Of a stretch of 64,000 nt of DNA, positions 35,887 to 46,512 are shown piece after piece. Source of the DNA: Eubacteriales bacterium (GTDB taxonomy: Bacteria > Bacillota > Clostridia > Oscillospirales > CAG-272). The first letter of the stretch is position 1, and every line of letters starts with the position of its first letter. The notes beneath the pieces were generated by a model. It was not told where the DNA came from. It worked only from the letters and a program-made list of their open reading frames with translations, and searched no databases. A program made the translations under genes and the position numbers. Where the stretch lies: positions 1,815 to 65,814 of the forward strand of contig JAZNII010000045.1 in the NCBI GenBank assembly GCA_045577415.1, written 5' to 3'.

Positions 35887-37395
35887 ATGAAAAAATACGT
35901 TCTTGCCCTCGACGAGGGAACGACAAGCGCGAGAGCGATACTTTTTGACAAAAACTCAAATATTGTTTCAATGGCTCAGCACGAGTTTCCGCAGTATTAC
36001 CCCCACCCCGGTTGGGTGGAGCAGGAGCCTATGGAGATATACGCTAATCAGTATGCGGCTTTGACCGAGTGCATCGCCAAGAGCGGCATCGATCCCGAGG
36101 AGATCGCAGCGGTTGGTATCACCAATCAGCGTGAGACGGTCGTGGCTTGGAACAAGACCACGGGAAAGCCTATCTGCCGCGCTATCGTCTGGCAGTGCAG
36201 AAGAACTGCGGATATATGCCGAGAGCTTGAGGAAAAAGGCTTTGGAGACTATATAAGAGAGACCACGGGACTTCGTATCGACCCATATTTCAGCGGCACG
36301 AAGATCAAGTGGATACTTGACAACATCGATGGCGCGAGGTCTCTTGCCGAGAGTGGCGAGCTTTTGGTGGGAACGGTGGACACCTGGCTTGCATGGAAGC
36401 TGACCGAGGGCAGAGTTTTCGTCACCGACCGCACCAATGCGTCGAGAACCATGCTCTGCAACATACATACTGGCGAGTGGGACGAAAAAATGCTTGAAAT
36501 TCTTGATGTCCCGAAGAATATTCTCCCCGAGATAAAGAGCAGCAGCGAGATATACGGATACTTTGAATGTATGGGCGCAAGTCTGCCTATATCGGGTATT
36601 GCGGGCGACCAGCAGGCAGCTCTTTTCGGTCAATGCTGCTTTGATAGCGGAGAGGCTAAGAACACCTACGGTACGGGTTGCTTTTTGCTGACCCACACGG
36701 GCGAGAGAGCGGTTGAGAGCCGTCAGGGATTGCTTACCACTATCGCCGCGGGAGAGTGCGGCAGACCTATTGAATACGCTCTTGAGGGCAGCGTTTTCGT
36801 GGGAGGTGCCATTATTCGTTGGCTTCGCGACGAAATGAAGCTGATCCACGATTCTCGCGACAGTGAATATTTTGCTCGCAAGGTAGAGAATAGCGGCGGA
36901 GTTTATCTCGTTCCTGCCTTTGCAGGACTTGGTGCGCCCCATTGGGATATGCACGCAAGGGGAACCGTCGTGGGTCTTACCTCGGGTACGGGAAAAAATC
37001 ACATTATCCGCGCCGCTCTTGAATCAATAGCATATCAAACCGAGGACGTTATCTCCGCAATGAACGCCGATATGGCGGAAATAGGCGGAGAGGGAGTCAA
37101 GGAATTAAAAGTAGACGGTGGAGCATCGGCAAACGAGCTGCTTATGCAGATGCAAAGCGACTATTCGAGAATAGAGGTCATCCGCTCCTCAAATCCCGAG
37201 GCGACCGCTGCGGGCGCGGCGTACCTCGCGGGTCTTGCCGTTGGATTTTTCGGGAGCAGAGATGAGCTTAAACGGCTTTCTTGCGAGAACAGACGCTTTA
37301 CCCCGAAGATCAATGCCGAAGCGCGTCAAAATGCCCTTGACGGCTGGCGCAGAGCGGTCAAGGCGTGCAGAGTATTTACCGAGACGGAGGAATAA
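35887..37395 (+). CDS. glpK: glycerol kinase
   Basis: [15 protein letters not shown] and [10 protein letters not shown], full FGGY kinase length. ATG at 35887 (GAGG 7 nt upstream). Confidence 0.95.
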   Translation: MKKYVLALDEGTTSARAILFDKNSNIVSMAQHEFPQYYPHPGWVEQEPMEIYANQYAALTECIAKSGIDPEEIAAVGITNQRETVVAWNKTTGKPICRAIVWQCRRTADICRELEEKGFGDYIRETTGLRIDPYFSGTKIKWILDNIDGARSLAESGELLVGTVDTWLAWKLTEGRVFVTDRTNASRTMLCNIHTGEWDEKMLEILDVPKNILPEIKSSSEIYGYFECMGASLPISGIAGDQQAALFGQCCFDSGEAKNTYGTGCFLLTHTGERAVESRQGLLTTIAAGECGRPIEYALEGSVFVGGAIIRWLRDEMKLIHDSRDSEYFARKVENSGGVYLVPAFAGLGAPHWDMHARGTVVGLTSGTGKNHIIRAALESIAYQTEDVISAMNADMAEIGGEGVKELKVDGGASANELLMQMQSDYSRIEVIRSSNPEATAAGAAYLAGLAVGFFGSRDELKRLSCENRRFTPKINAEARQNALDGWRRAVKACRVFTETEE

Positions 37396-37396
37396 T

Positions 37397-38326
37397 ATGT
37401 CTTACACAAAAAAGGATTTTAAAGTATTATCAAGCGACGGAATACACACGCTTTCGGGTATAGTTTATCTTCCCGACGGCGAGGCTCGCGGATTTTTTCA
37501 TATCGTCCACGGAATGACCGAATATATCGGCAGATACGACCGCATCATGAGCGATATGGCAGAGCTTGGATATATCTGCTTCGGCTACGACCATCTGGGT
37601 CACGGAAAAACCGTCAAGGACAAAAGCGAGCTTGGTTTTATTGCATCCAAGAACGGTCACGATCTGCTCTGCCGTGACGTAAAGGTCTTTTCCGATGCAG
37701 TAAGAACCGAATTTGACAAAGAAAACACGCTGCCATATTATCTGATGGGTCACAGTATGGGTTCGTTTATCGTCCGTCTTGCCACGGAAAAATACGTCCG
37801 CCCCGATAAGCTGATAATTATGGGTACAGGAGGAGCAAACCCCGCCGCGGGTGCGGGAATTGCGCTTATATCCCTCATAAAGCTTTTCAAGGGAGAGCGG
37901 CATATATCTCCTTTCATCTATAGTCTTGCTTTCGGCGGCTATAATAATAAATTCAAAAATGACGAGAACGCAAGCTCGCAGTCGTGGCTCTCGACAGACC
38001 TTGAGATTAGGAAAAAGTACATGGACGACGATTACTGTACCTTTAAGTTTACCGTCAGCGCCATGGGCGACCTGATGACGCTTTTAAAGAACTGCAACCG
38101 AGGCGCGTGGTTTAAAAATATGCCCCGTATTCCGATCTTGCTTGTAGCGGGCGAGGATGATCCCGTCGGTAACTACGGCAAGGGTATTCGTGAGGTAGAG
38201 AAGAAGCTCAAAAAGCGCGGACATAACGCAAGAAGCATACTTTACACCGGAGCAAGACACGAGATACTTAACGATTTCACCTATGAAGACGTGAAAAATG
38301 ATATACTTGCTTTTCTTAGGGCGTGA
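37397..38326 (+). CDS. alpha/beta hydrolase (lysophospholipase / monoacylglycerol lipase-like)
   Basis: HGMTEY, nucleophile elbow GHSMGS, C-terminal HEILND. The ATG at 37397 lies 2 nt after the glpK stop; the longer ORF-track start lies inside glpK. Confidence 0.85.
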   Translation: MSYTKKDFKVLSSDGIHTLSGIVYLPDGEARGFFHIVHGMTEYIGRYDRIMSDMAELGYICFGYDHLGHGKTVKDKSELGFIASKNGHDLLCRDVKVFSDAVRTEFDKENTLPYYLMGHSMGSFIVRLATEKYVRPDKLIIMGTGGANPAAGAGIALISLIKLFKGERHISPFIYSLAFGGYNNKFKNDENASSQSWLSTDLEIRKKYMDDDYCTFKFTVSAMGDLMTLLKNCNRGAWFKNMPRIPILLVAGEDDPVGNYGKGIREVEKKLKKRGHNARSILYTGARHEILNDFTYEDVKNDILAFLRA

Positions 38327-38387
38327 AATTATTAAGATGCGTTTGTTAATAAAATGTTAATTTTAAGATTGAAAATAATAAAAAATC

Positions 38388-38416
38388 TTGACATATAATA
38401 AGTATTGATGTATAAT
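38388..38416 (+). promoter_or_regulatory. sigma-A-like promoter
   Basis: TTGACA (38388-38393), 17 nt, TATAAT (38411-38416). Confidence 0.6.
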
Positions 38417-38484
38417 TTACCTATGTATATGCGGATATATTCGAATATACAAATAACTATTTAATTTTCATAAGGAGTATTATT

Positions 38485-38865
38485 ATGAAAAAGTTCAACT
38501 GGGTAAAATGCTTGCTTCTTCCTTTCGTTACTTGCGGCATTTACAACCTCTACATGTGGGTAAAGATGACCAAGAACAGCAACACCATTGCTGAAGCTTG
38601 CGGCGAAAAGAAGATCATGGGCTTTATCCCTGCGCTTCTTCTCGGATGCATCACCTGCGGAATTTTCCTGATCGTTTGGTTCATTAAGTTCCAGGCTCAG
38701 CAGATCGCTATTGCGAAGGCTAACGGTACAGCTACAAAGCCCGCACAGAACGCTTTCGTTCTCTTCCTTCTCACTCTGGTACCGATCTACAGCTACATCG
38801 TTCTCTGTGACAACCACAACAGAAACGTTGACGCGGCTACATTTGCGGCTCCCGCAGAGGAATAA
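38485..38865 (+). CDS. DUF4234-like membrane protein
   Basis: 126 aa. FVTCGIYNLYMW and ITCGIFLIVWF repeats typical of DUF4234. RBS AAGGAG. Confidence 0.7.
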   Translation: MKKFNWVKCLLLPFVTCGIYNLYMWVKMTKNSNTIAEACGEKKIMGFIPALLLGCITCGIFLIVWFIKFQAQQIAIAKANGTATKPAQNAFVLFLLTLVPIYSYIVLCDNHNRNVDAATFAAPAEE

Positions 38866-38888
38866 TTCAATAATTGTTTTATTGAAAC

Positions 38889-38921
38889 AAAAAAGCTCCA
38901 ACCATCGGTTGGAGCTTTTTG
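38889..38921. terminator. bidirectional terminator
   Basis: AAAAAGCTCCAACC atc GGTTGGAGCTTTTT between convergent genes. Confidence 0.8.
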
Positions 38922-38926
38922 TGTTG

Positions 38927-40120
38927 TTATTTGTATTCCAGCGCCAGAGCCTTGAAAGCCGGCAGAGCGCGTTCTACGCGTTCTTTATCTACGCAATAAG
39001 CAATTCTGACGTAACCCTTGACGCCGAAATCGTCGCAGGGAACTACCAAAATTTCGTGCGCCTTCGCCTTCTCAAAGAATGCGTATGCATCCTCCTCAAG
39101 CGCCTTGACGAAAAGATAAAACGCTCCGTCGGGCTTTACGCACTCATAGCCGTACTCGGTAAGAGCGTTGTAAAGCAGATCGCGATTCTCTCGGTAGATC
39201 TCAATGTCCACCTTAGCGCCCTGACAACGGGCTATAACCTGCTGGAAGAGGCTGGGCGCGCAGACGTAGCCAAGCGATCTTCCCGCGCCGCAGACCGAAA
39301 GGTAGACCTCTTGAGCGTCTTTCATTTCGGGGCAGACCGCAATATATCCGATACGCTCACCGGGGAGGGAGAGGGATTTCGAGTATGAATAGCAGACAAG
39401 GGTGTTCTTATAATAATTCATAAGATAAGGCACCTTGACGTCGGTGTAGACAAGCTCGCGGTAGGGTTCGTCGGCGATGAGGTAGATAATTCTGCCGTAT
39501 TCCTCCGACTTTTTCTTTAGTATCTCGCAGACCGCCGCGATGATTTCCTCACCGTAAACGACTCCGCTTGGGTTGTTGGGAGAGTTGATGATCACCGCTT
39601 TGGTGTTTTCATTGATCCTGCTCTCAAAATCTGCAACGTCTATCTGCAAGTCACCCTTGCGAGGCTTGCTTACCACGACCTTGCCGCCCGCGTTCTCAAT
39701 AAATACGCGGTATTCGGTGAAGAAGGGAGCGAAAACGATACATTCGTCGTCCATACCTTCTTCAATGACTGCCTTAAGGCAGATCGAAAGGGAAGCCGCC
39801 GCGCCGCAGGTCATATAGATGTGGTTTGGGGTAATATTGACTCCAAAACGCTCCTTGATACTGTCGGCGATGACTCCTCTCACGTTAGCGTCGCCCTGCG
39901 CCGATGTGTAGCCGTGAAGCAGAACCGAGCTTTCGCTGTCAAGCAGCTGACGGATGGTGTCGTTGACCTCTTTTGGCGCGGGAACGCTGGGGTTGCCGAG
40001 ACTGAAATCAAAGACATTCTCAGCGCCTATCTCCGCCGCGCGGGTCTTGCTGTATTCAAAAATTTCTCTTATTATTGAACGCTTGCTGCCAAGCGCGTAC
40101 ATTTTTTGATTTAATCCCAT
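38927..40120 (-). CDS. class I/II pyridoxal-phosphate-dependent aminotransferase
   Basis: 397 aa from the ATG at 40120. NPSVP, NSPNNPSG and YSYSKSLSLPGERIGY (PLP lysine) motifs. Confidence 0.88.
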   Translation of the reverse strand: MGLNQKMYALGSKRSIIREIFEYSKTRAAEIGAENVFDFSLGNPSVPAPKEVNDTIRQLLDSESSVLLHGYTSAQGDANVRGVIADSIKERFGVNITPNHIYMTCGAAASLSICLKAVIEEGMDDECIVFAPFFTEYRVFIENAGGKVVVSKPRKGDLQIDVADFESRINENTKAVIINSPNNPSGVVYGEEIIAAVCEILKKKSEEYGRIIYLIADEPYRELVYTDVKVPYLMNYYKNTLVCYSYSKSLSLPGERIGYIAVCPEMKDAQEVYLSVCGAGRSLGYVCAPSLFQQVIARCQGAKVDIEIYRENRDLLYNALTEYGYECVKPDGAFYLFVKALEEDAYAFFEKAKAHEILVVPCDDFGVKGYVRIAYCVDKERVERALPAFKALALEYK

Positions 40121-40136
40121 AATATCACCTGATATT

Positions 40137-40946
40137 TTAAATTCCAAGTAATTTCCTTGCGTTTCCGCTGAAGATTTTTTCCTCGGTCTCTTTTCCAAGA
40201 CCAAACGATTTGAGTATCTCTACGTCGCCCGCTATATCGCTCCAAGGGGAGTCGGTTGCGAACAAGATCCTGTCCTCGCCGTGCTTTTCGACGATCTTGA
40301 AAAATTTCTCCTTGCCGATAAAGCGCAGAATATAAGCGGTGTCAAAATAGACGTCCTCGCCCGCGAGAATATCGTAGACCTCGTCTGTCATTTCATTAGC
40401 GCCTAAGTGTGCCAAAACGAATTTGCTGTGTCCCACCCTTTGAATGACCCTTTTCGCTCTTTCGGGAGCGCAACGGACGGGGAAATCGGGGTAACCGTAG
40501 TCAACGCCTGTGTGGGCGGTGACGATAAGATCAAACTCCTTGGCACACTGAAGAATTTTGATATATCCCTCGTCGTCGATAAAAGTCTCCTGATAATCGG
40601 GGTGAATTTTCACTCCGAGAAATCCTTGCTCCTTGATCCACTTCATTTTGCCTCGGACATCCTCGCAATAAGGGTGAATTCCCGCAAATGAGACGATCTT
40701 TCCGCCGCTTTCGGCGTAATTTGCGTTGATCGACAGAGCAAAACGGTTGACACTTTCAAACTGTGCGGGGTTAGTCAGGACGGGGAGATTGACGGCAAGG
40801 TCGATCTTGGCATTTTCGATCCTTTTGATAAGTCCCGCCACACTTCCGTCGGAAAAGGGCGGGATATTGGCCTTTGCGGCAAGAAAATCGATGGTTTTTT
40901 GCGCAATCTTGTCGGGAAAGGTATGCGCGTGAAAATCGATTATCAT
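40137..40946 (-). CDS. amidohydrolase-family TIM-barrel metal hydrolase
   Basis: IIDFHAHTF metal-binding start, plus VTAHTG, LAHLG and ATDSPW. Confidence 0.8.
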   Translation of the reverse strand: MIIDFHAHTFPDKIAQKTIDFLAAKANIPPFSDGSVAGLIKRIENAKIDLAVNLPVLTNPAQFESVNRFALSINANYAESGGKIVSFAGIHPYCEDVRGKMKWIKEQGFLGVKIHPDYQETFIDDEGYIKILQCAKEFDLIVTAHTGVDYGYPDFPVRCAPERAKRVIQRVGHSKFVLAHLGANEMTDEVYDILAGEDVYFDTAYILRFIGKEKFFKIVEKHGEDRILFATDSPWSDIAGDVEILKSFGLGKETEEKIFSGNARKLLGI

Positions 40947-40948
40947 TC

Positions 40949-41380
40949 TTACTGCTTGTTGGCGATCTGCTCGCAGGAAACGGTCTCGATGTTGTATTCT
41001 GCAAGGATAGCGTCAACCTTCTTGACGTCGGATGCCTTGAGAACTACGTAAGCTTCGCTATCTTCAACCGAAAGACCGTACATATACTCGATATTTACGT
41101 CGCTCTGGTCGATAGCCTTGAGAAGCTCCTGAAGACTGCCCACCTTGTGGGGGATCTTAATAATAGAAACGTCGGAAAGCAGGGAAGAAAAGCCGTTTTC
41201 GGAGAGCTTTTCCTTGCCCACCTGTGGGTTATCAACGATAAGACGGAGCAGACCGAACTCGGTGGTGTCAGCCAGACTGAGAGAGAGAATGTTGACGTGG
41301 TTGTTCTTCAGAACGTTAAGAACCTCGCAAAGACGACCGGTTCTGTTTTCGATAAATACTGTTAACTGTTTTGCAAACAT
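40949..41380 (-). CDS. ACT domain protein
   Basis: Two ACT-like halves (VFIENRTGRLCEVLNVL...). GGAG 6 nt before the ATG at 41380. It sits in the usual position next to PaaK/IOR genes. Confidence 0.75.
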   Translation of the reverse strand: MFAKQLTVFIENRTGRLCEVLNVLKNNHVNILSLSLADTTEFGLLRLIVDNPQVGKEKLSENGFSSLLSDVSIIKIPHKVGSLQELLKAIDQSDVNIEYMYGLSVEDSEAYVVLKASDVKKVDAILAEYNIETVSCEQIANKQ

Positions 41381-41521
41381 TATAATCTCCATTCCGCCGC
41401 CGGCGGCGGCACAAATATATTTTGATGAATTTTGCCTTTAAGACAAGATCCGCACGTGAAACAGTTAAATTCCTCATTAATAAGGAGTAACTTTCACGCA
41501 ATTCTCCTTTATCGTTTAAAA

Positions 41522-42820
41522 TTATACCAATTTACGCTTGTCGATAACGTGTACCGCTTTGCCCTCGCTTCGAACAAGAGTCTGAGGCTCAACGATCTTG
41601 ATCTTGGCGTTGATGCCGAGAGATTGCTGAATGATGTGACCGATCTTCTTGGTGAGAGCCTCGATAGCTCTTACCTCGTCGGTGTAATATTTCTGATCGA
41701 CCTCTACCTGAATTTCAAGGGTGTCAAGGTTGTTTACACGGTCAACGATCATCATATAGTGGGGAGTGACCTCCTCAACGCCTATGAGCGCTGCTTCGAC
41801 CTGGCTGGGGAATACGTTGACTCCGCGGATAATGAGCATATCGTCAACTCTGCCCTTGAAGCGGGAGATACGCGCGCTTGTTCTGCCGCACTCACAGGGA
41901 GAGCGGTCGATGCTTGTCAGATCCTTTGTTCTGTAACGGATAAGCGGGATGCCTTCCTTGGTAAGCGTTGTGAAGGCAAGCTCGCCCGTAACGCCCTCTG
42001 CGACGGGAGTGAGAGTTGCGCTGTCGAGGACCTCGGGGTAGAAATGATCCTCGCAAACGTGAAGTCCGTTGTGATAGTCACAGTCACAGGCAACGCCGGG
42101 ACCCATGACCTCGCTGAGACCGTAAATGTCGTAAGCCTTGATGCGAAGCTTCGACTCGATCTCGTGACGCATCTTTTCGGTCCAGGGTTCGGCTCCGCAG
42201 ATAGCCGCCTTAAGCTTTATCTGGTCCATAAGTCCTTCGGATTCAAGCACCTCGGAGATGTGGAGCAAGTACGACGGCGTGCATGCGATCGCAGTCGTGC
42301 CGAAGTCTACCATCATAGTGGTCAGCTTTTTGGAGTTGCCTACGCTCATAGGAACTACGGTAGCACCGATCTTCTCTGCGCCGCCGTGCGCTCCGAGACC
42401 GCCCGTGAAAAGTCCGTAGCCGTAAGCTATCTGAATAATATCATTTTTGTCGATGCCTGCCATAGCAAAGCAACGCGCAACACATTCTGCCCAGACATCA
42501 AGATCGTGACGGGTATATCCGACGACCGTCGCCTTTCCCGTAGTGCCGCTGGAGGCGTGGATCCTTACTATTTGCGAGTTGGGAACCGCGAAAAGTCCGA
42601 AGGGATAATTGTCTCTGAGATCGTCTTTGGTAGTGAAGGGAAGCTTGACTATGTCCTCAATGCTCTTGATGTCGCCGGGCATAAGTCCAACCCTCTGCAT
42701 TTTTTTACGGTAGAACTCTACGTTATGATAAACGTAGTCCACCAGCTTTACGAGTCTAGCGCTTTGAATTACGCTCATTTCGTCGCGGCTCATACATTCT
42801 TTGGTTTCGTTCCAGATCAT
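41522..42820 (-). CDS. paaK: phenylacetate--CoA ligase family protein
   Basis: 432 aa. ASSGTTGKATVV AMP-binding motif, and PaaK-type N- and C-domains. Confidence 0.88.
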   Translation of the reverse strand: MIWNETKECMSRDEMSVIQSARLVKLVDYVYHNVEFYRKKMQRVGLMPGDIKSIEDIVKLPFTTKDDLRDNYPFGLFAVPNSQIVRIHASSGTTGKATVVGYTRHDLDVWAECVARCFAMAGIDKNDIIQIAYGYGLFTGGLGAHGGAEKIGATVVPMSVGNSKKLTTMMVDFGTTAIACTPSYLLHISEVLESEGLMDQIKLKAAICGAEPWTEKMRHEIESKLRIKAYDIYGLSEVMGPGVACDCDYHNGLHVCEDHFYPEVLDSATLTPVAEGVTGELAFTTLTKEGIPLIRYRTKDLTSIDRSPCECGRTSARISRFKGRVDDMLIIRGVNVFPSQVEAALIGVEEVTPHYMMIVDRVNNLDTLEIQVEVDQKYYTDEVRAIEALTKKIGHIIQQSLGINAKIKIVEPQTLVRSEGKAVHVIDKRKLV

Positions 42821-42835
42821 TTAAATCAGCCCCTT

Positions 42836-43411
42836 TTACGCTTCGTAGCCCTTTATGAAAGCTTCCTTGTTTATGTCGATAGTTTTTGCGGGAACGGTAT
42901 TTTCGATTACCGAAAGCCAGGTTTCCCTGTCAAATCCGACGTGCTTTGCCGCAAAGCCCAAAACAACACTGTTGAGTACCTTGCTGTTGCCAAGCTCTTT
43001 GGCTATAGCCATTCCGTCGATGGAGATGACCTTGTGGTTTTCCACGAGTCCCTCGATTATGTTTTCGGGGTAGGTCTTCGCGCCGATCACCACAGTCATA
43101 GGGTCGATTCGGCAATCGTTTAGCACGAGAACGCCATCCTTTTTGAGAAAATGAGAGTAGCGGAGCGCTTCGAGTCGCTCGAAGGCGATGATAACATCTG
43201 CCTGACCCTCCTCTACTACAGGCTCAAATACCTTTTCGCCGAAACGGACGAATGTAACCACGCTTCCGCCTCGCTGAGCCATACCGTGAACCTCGGAAAT
43301 CTTTACGTCAAGACCCTGCTCGAGCGCCGTCTTGCCGATTATTCTGCTTGTGAGGAGCGTGCCTTGACCGCCGACTCCTACGATCACTATATTCTTGGTC
43401 ATACCGATCAC
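42836..43411 (-). CDS. iorB: indolepyruvate:ferredoxin oxidoreductase, beta subunit
   Basis: 191 aa, IVIVGVGGQGTLL, directly downstream of iorA. Confidence 0.88.
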   Translation of the reverse strand: MIGMTKNIVIVGVGGQGTLLTSRIIGKTALEQGLDVKISEVHGMAQRGGSVVTFVRFGEKVFEPVVEEGQADVIIAFERLEALRYSHFLKKDGVLVLNDCRIDPMTVVIGAKTYPENIIEGLVENHKVISIDGMAIAKELGNSKVLNSVVLGFAAKHVGFDRETWLSVIENTVPAKTIDINKEAFIKGYEA

Positions 43412-43417
43412 ACTCCT

Positions 43418-45157
43418 TTATTTTTCAACTGTCTCAATAGCGCCGAATTTGCAGTAATTTTTGCAAAGTCCGCAACCGTTGCACATAGTTTCGTCGATCT
43501 TGACCGTGCCGTCTGCCTGCTTGGTAATAGCGGGGCATCCGATGCTCATGCACATACCGCACTTGCGGCACTTTTCACTGTCAACTACGCACTTGTTGGG
43601 GAACTTCTGTCCTTTGAGAAGAACGCAGGGAGATTTCGTGATAATAACGGTCAGCTCGTCGCTCTGCGTGCTTTCCTTGACGACCTTAGTCAGATCCTCA
43701 ACGTCAAAAGCGTTGACCTCAATTACGTTCTTGACACCAACCGCGTGACAAAGCTCGACAAAATCGATGGAGTTTGTCTCTTCGCCCTTCAGCGTCTTGC
43801 CGGTAGCCGCGTGATCCTGATGACCTGTCATACCCGTGGTGCGGTTGTCAAGGATCATTACAGTACCCGTGGACTTGTTGTAAGCCATGTTAATAAGCGA
43901 GTTTATACCTGTATGCAGGAAGGTGGAGTCACCGATGACCGCGACCCAATTCTTGATATAATCCTTGCCCTTTGCCTTTTCCATACCGTGAAGCGCCGAA
44001 ATGCTGGCGCCCATACAGATGGTGGTGTCAACAACGCCCAAAGGAGCAACTGCACCGAGGGTGTAGCAACCAATATCGCCCGACGCGTGTATCTTCAGCT
44101 TTTTAAGCACCGAGAATACGCTTCTGTGAGGGCAACCGGGGCAGAGAATGGGAGGACGCGCGGGAGCATCCTGCTTTTCAAAAACAACGTCGCTCTCGCC
44201 GAGAACCGCCTTTTTAAGCATATTTACGCTGTATTCGCCCTGACGGGTAAAGCATTCCTTGCCTTTGACGTCAAAGCCCCAGGCGCGAACCTGCTCCTCA
44301 ATAACGCTCTCAAGCTCCTCAAAAACGTAGACCGTCTCGACCTCTCTGCAGAAATCCTCAACAAGCTTTTTGGAAATAGGATTAACGAGACCGAATTTCA
44401 GCACGCTTGCATTCGGGAATGCTTCCTTAACGTACTGATAAGCGATACCGCAGGTGATAAATCCAAGCTTTTTGTCGTTTATCTCAATCTTATTTACGGG
44501 GAAAGAAGCCGCGTCGGATGCCATTCTGTTCTCACGAGCTTCAACGACGACGTGTCTTCCGACAGCCGACGCGGGCATCATAACGTATTTAGGTACTTGA
44601 CGGGTGTATTCCTTGTCGCTTACCTCGACTCTGTCGCAAAGCTCAACTGCGCTCTGGGAGTGAGCAAGCTTGGTGGTGGTGCGGAGAATTACGGGTGTGT
44701 CGTATTCCTCGCTCAACTGATAAGCGTACTTGACGAAATCCTTTGCCTCCTGGCTGTCGGAGGGTTCAAGGACGGGAACGTGCGCCGCGCGGGCGATCAT
44801 TCTGGTGTCCTGCTCGTTCTGCGAGCTTGCCATACCGGGGTCGTCTGCAACGATGAATACAGAGCCGCCGTTAACGCCTGTGTAGGCGAAGGTGTAGAGG
44901 GGATCGCTTGCCACATTGAGACCAACGTGCTTCATACAAGCAAGAGAACGCACGCCTGCGATAGACGCGCCGATAGCAACCTCTGCCGCAACCTTTTCGT
45001 TGGGAGCCCACTCGGTGTAGACCTCGTCGTATTTTGCGAGATATTCGCTTATTTCGGTGCTGGGAGTTCCGGGGTATGCGCTGGAGACCTTTACTCCCGC
45101 CTCATACGCGCCGCGGGCGATAGCCTCGTTACCCAGCATAATTGTCTTATCTGCCAT
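43418..45157 (-). CDS. iorA: indolepyruvate:ferredoxin oxidoreductase, alpha subunit
   Basis: TPP-enzyme core plus C-terminal CRKCGMCMSIGCPA and CNGCGLCKNYC clusters. Start at 45157 (MADKTIMLGNEA). Confidence 0.9.
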   Translation of the reverse strand: MADKTIMLGNEAIARGAYEAGVKVSSAYPGTPSTEISEYLAKYDEVYTEWAPNEKVAAEVAIGASIAGVRSLACMKHVGLNVASDPLYTFAYTGVNGGSVFIVADDPGMASSQNEQDTRMIARAAHVPVLEPSDSQEAKDFVKYAYQLSEEYDTPVILRTTTKLAHSQSAVELCDRVEVSDKEYTRQVPKYVMMPASAVGRHVVVEARENRMASDAASFPVNKIEINDKKLGFITCGIAYQYVKEAFPNASVLKFGLVNPISKKLVEDFCREVETVYVFEELESVIEEQVRAWGFDVKGKECFTRQGEYSVNMLKKAVLGESDVVFEKQDAPARPPILCPGCPHRSVFSVLKKLKIHASGDIGCYTLGAVAPLGVVDTTICMGASISALHGMEKAKGKDYIKNWVAVIGDSTFLHTGINSLINMAYNKSTGTVMILDNRTTGMTGHQDHAATGKTLKGEETNSIDFVELCHAVGVKNVIEVNAFDVEDLTKVVKESTQSDELTVIITKSPCVLLKGQKFPNKCVVDSEKCRKCGMCMSIGCPAITKQADGTVKIDETMCNGCGLCKNYCKFGAIETVEK

Positions 45158-45182
45158 TATCGTAAAATCCTTTCGGTAGCTA

Positions 45183-46484
45183 TTATTTAACGTTTCGGAG
45201 ATCCTTGACTCTCTTTGCCTTGCCCTCAAAGCGCTGGAGGGTGTTGGGGGATTCGAGCATTATCTTTGCGTCAAGACCGAGAACTATCTTAAGCTTATTT
45301 TTAAGTGTCTTTGAGATCTTTTCAAGAGTTGCGAAGGAGTCGGTTATGTGAGCAAGCTCGACCTTGACGGTAAGCTTATCGAGATAGCCCTCGCGCTCAA
45401 GCACAATTTCGTAGTGAGGGCCAAGCTCGTCGATGCTGAGAATGACCTCCTCGATCTGGCTGGGGAATACGTTGACTCCGCGGATCTTGAGCATATCGTC
45501 GCTTCTGCCCGAGAGGTTTTCCATACGGCAAAACGTTCTGCCGCACTTGCACTTCTCGTAGAAAAGTCTCGTTATATCCTTGGTTCTGTAACGGATAAGG
45601 GGAAGTCCCTCTTTTTTGATGCAGGTGATAACAAGCTCGCCCTGCTCGCCCGCGGGAAGCACCTCGCCGGTCTGGGGATCGATGATCTCGGGGATGAAGA
45701 AATCCTCGTTGATGTGCATACCACAAACCTCAAGGCATTCGCCCGAAACACCGGGACCCATAAGCTCGCTCATTCCGTAGTTGGATGTTATCTTGATGTC
45801 ATCTCCCCAGTATTTGTGCATCTCCTCGCGCATAGCGTCGGTGAGAAGCTCGCTTCCGACAAGCGCTATCTTGATCTTAAGATCCTTTGCGGGGTCAAGA
45901 CCCATCTCTCTCGCCACCTCGGCAAGACGGAGAGCGTAGGAGGGGGTAGCGACCAGCAGCGAGGTCTCAAAATCCTGCATATACATTATCTGCTTTTCGG
46001 AGTTGCCCGTGGAGGAGGGAACGATAGCCGCGCCGATATTTTCAAGTCCGTAGTGAAGTCCGAGAGCGCCCGTGAACATTCCGTAGCCGAAGCAGATCTG
46101 CGCTACGTCACGGCTTGTAGCGCCGCCCATACAAGCGATACGCGACACGCACTCGGTCCAGGTCTCGAGGTCGCCCTGAGTGTAACCGACGACGGTAGGC
46201 TTGCCCGTAGTACCGCTGGACGCGTGGATTCTCACGAGATCGTCCTTGGGAACCGCAAAAAGACCGAAGGGGTAGTTGTCTCTCATATCCTGCTTGGTGA
46301 CGAATGGGAGCTTGGAGAGATCCTTCAAGGTCTTGATGTCCTCGGGTTTCACGCCTGCCTCGTCCATCTTTTTTCTGTAAGGCTCGACCTTCTCGTATAC
46401 GCGAGCGACGGTCTCCTGCAAGCGCTCAAGCTGTATTTTTTCGATTTCTTCTCTCGGAAGAGTTTCTTCTTTTGACCAGATCAT
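45183..46484 (-). CDS. paaK: phenylacetate--CoA ligase family protein (second copy)
   Basis: 433 aa, ASSGTTGKPTVV. Paralogue of 41522-42820. Confidence 0.88.
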   Translation of the reverse strand: MIWSKEETLPREEIEKIQLERLQETVARVYEKVEPYRKKMDEAGVKPEDIKTLKDLSKLPFVTKQDMRDNYPFGLFAVPKDDLVRIHASSGTTGKPTVVGYTQGDLETWTECVSRIACMGGATSRDVAQICFGYGMFTGALGLHYGLENIGAAIVPSSTGNSEKQIMYMQDFETSLLVATPSYALRLAEVAREMGLDPAKDLKIKIALVGSELLTDAMREEMHKYWGDDIKITSNYGMSELMGPGVSGECLEVCGMHINEDFFIPEIIDPQTGEVLPAGEQGELVITCIKKEGLPLIRYRTKDITRLFYEKCKCGRTFCRMENLSGRSDDMLKIRGVNVFPSQIEEVILSIDELGPHYEIVLEREGYLDKLTVKVELAHITDSFATLEKISKTLKNKLKIVLGLDAKIMLESPNTLQRFEGKAKRVKDLRNVK

Positions 46485-46512
46485 TTTATTGTACCTTCAC
46501 TGAATTTATGCT

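Noticed and set aside
37235-37396. Long N-terminal extensions offered by the ORF track, for example hydrolase from 37235, hisS from 17062, methyltransferase from 18731, pepT from 35196, iorA from 45229, aminotransferase from 40204, symporter from 48138.
   Set aside because: The extensions overlap the preceding gene or lack an RBS. Internal ATGs with GGAG-type RBSs at canonical spacing coincide with the expected family N-termini.
41432-46475. Three very long plus-strand ORFs (563, 679 and 375 aa) covering 41432-43123, 43151-45190 and 45348-46475.
   Set aside because: They lie exactly antisense to paaK, iorB, iorA and the second paaK, whose minus-strand translations carry unmistakable family motifs. 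The plus-strand products are low-complexity (rich in A/L/R/V/G/D), have no RBS and no recognisable domains. These are typical shadow ORFs of codon-biased genes.
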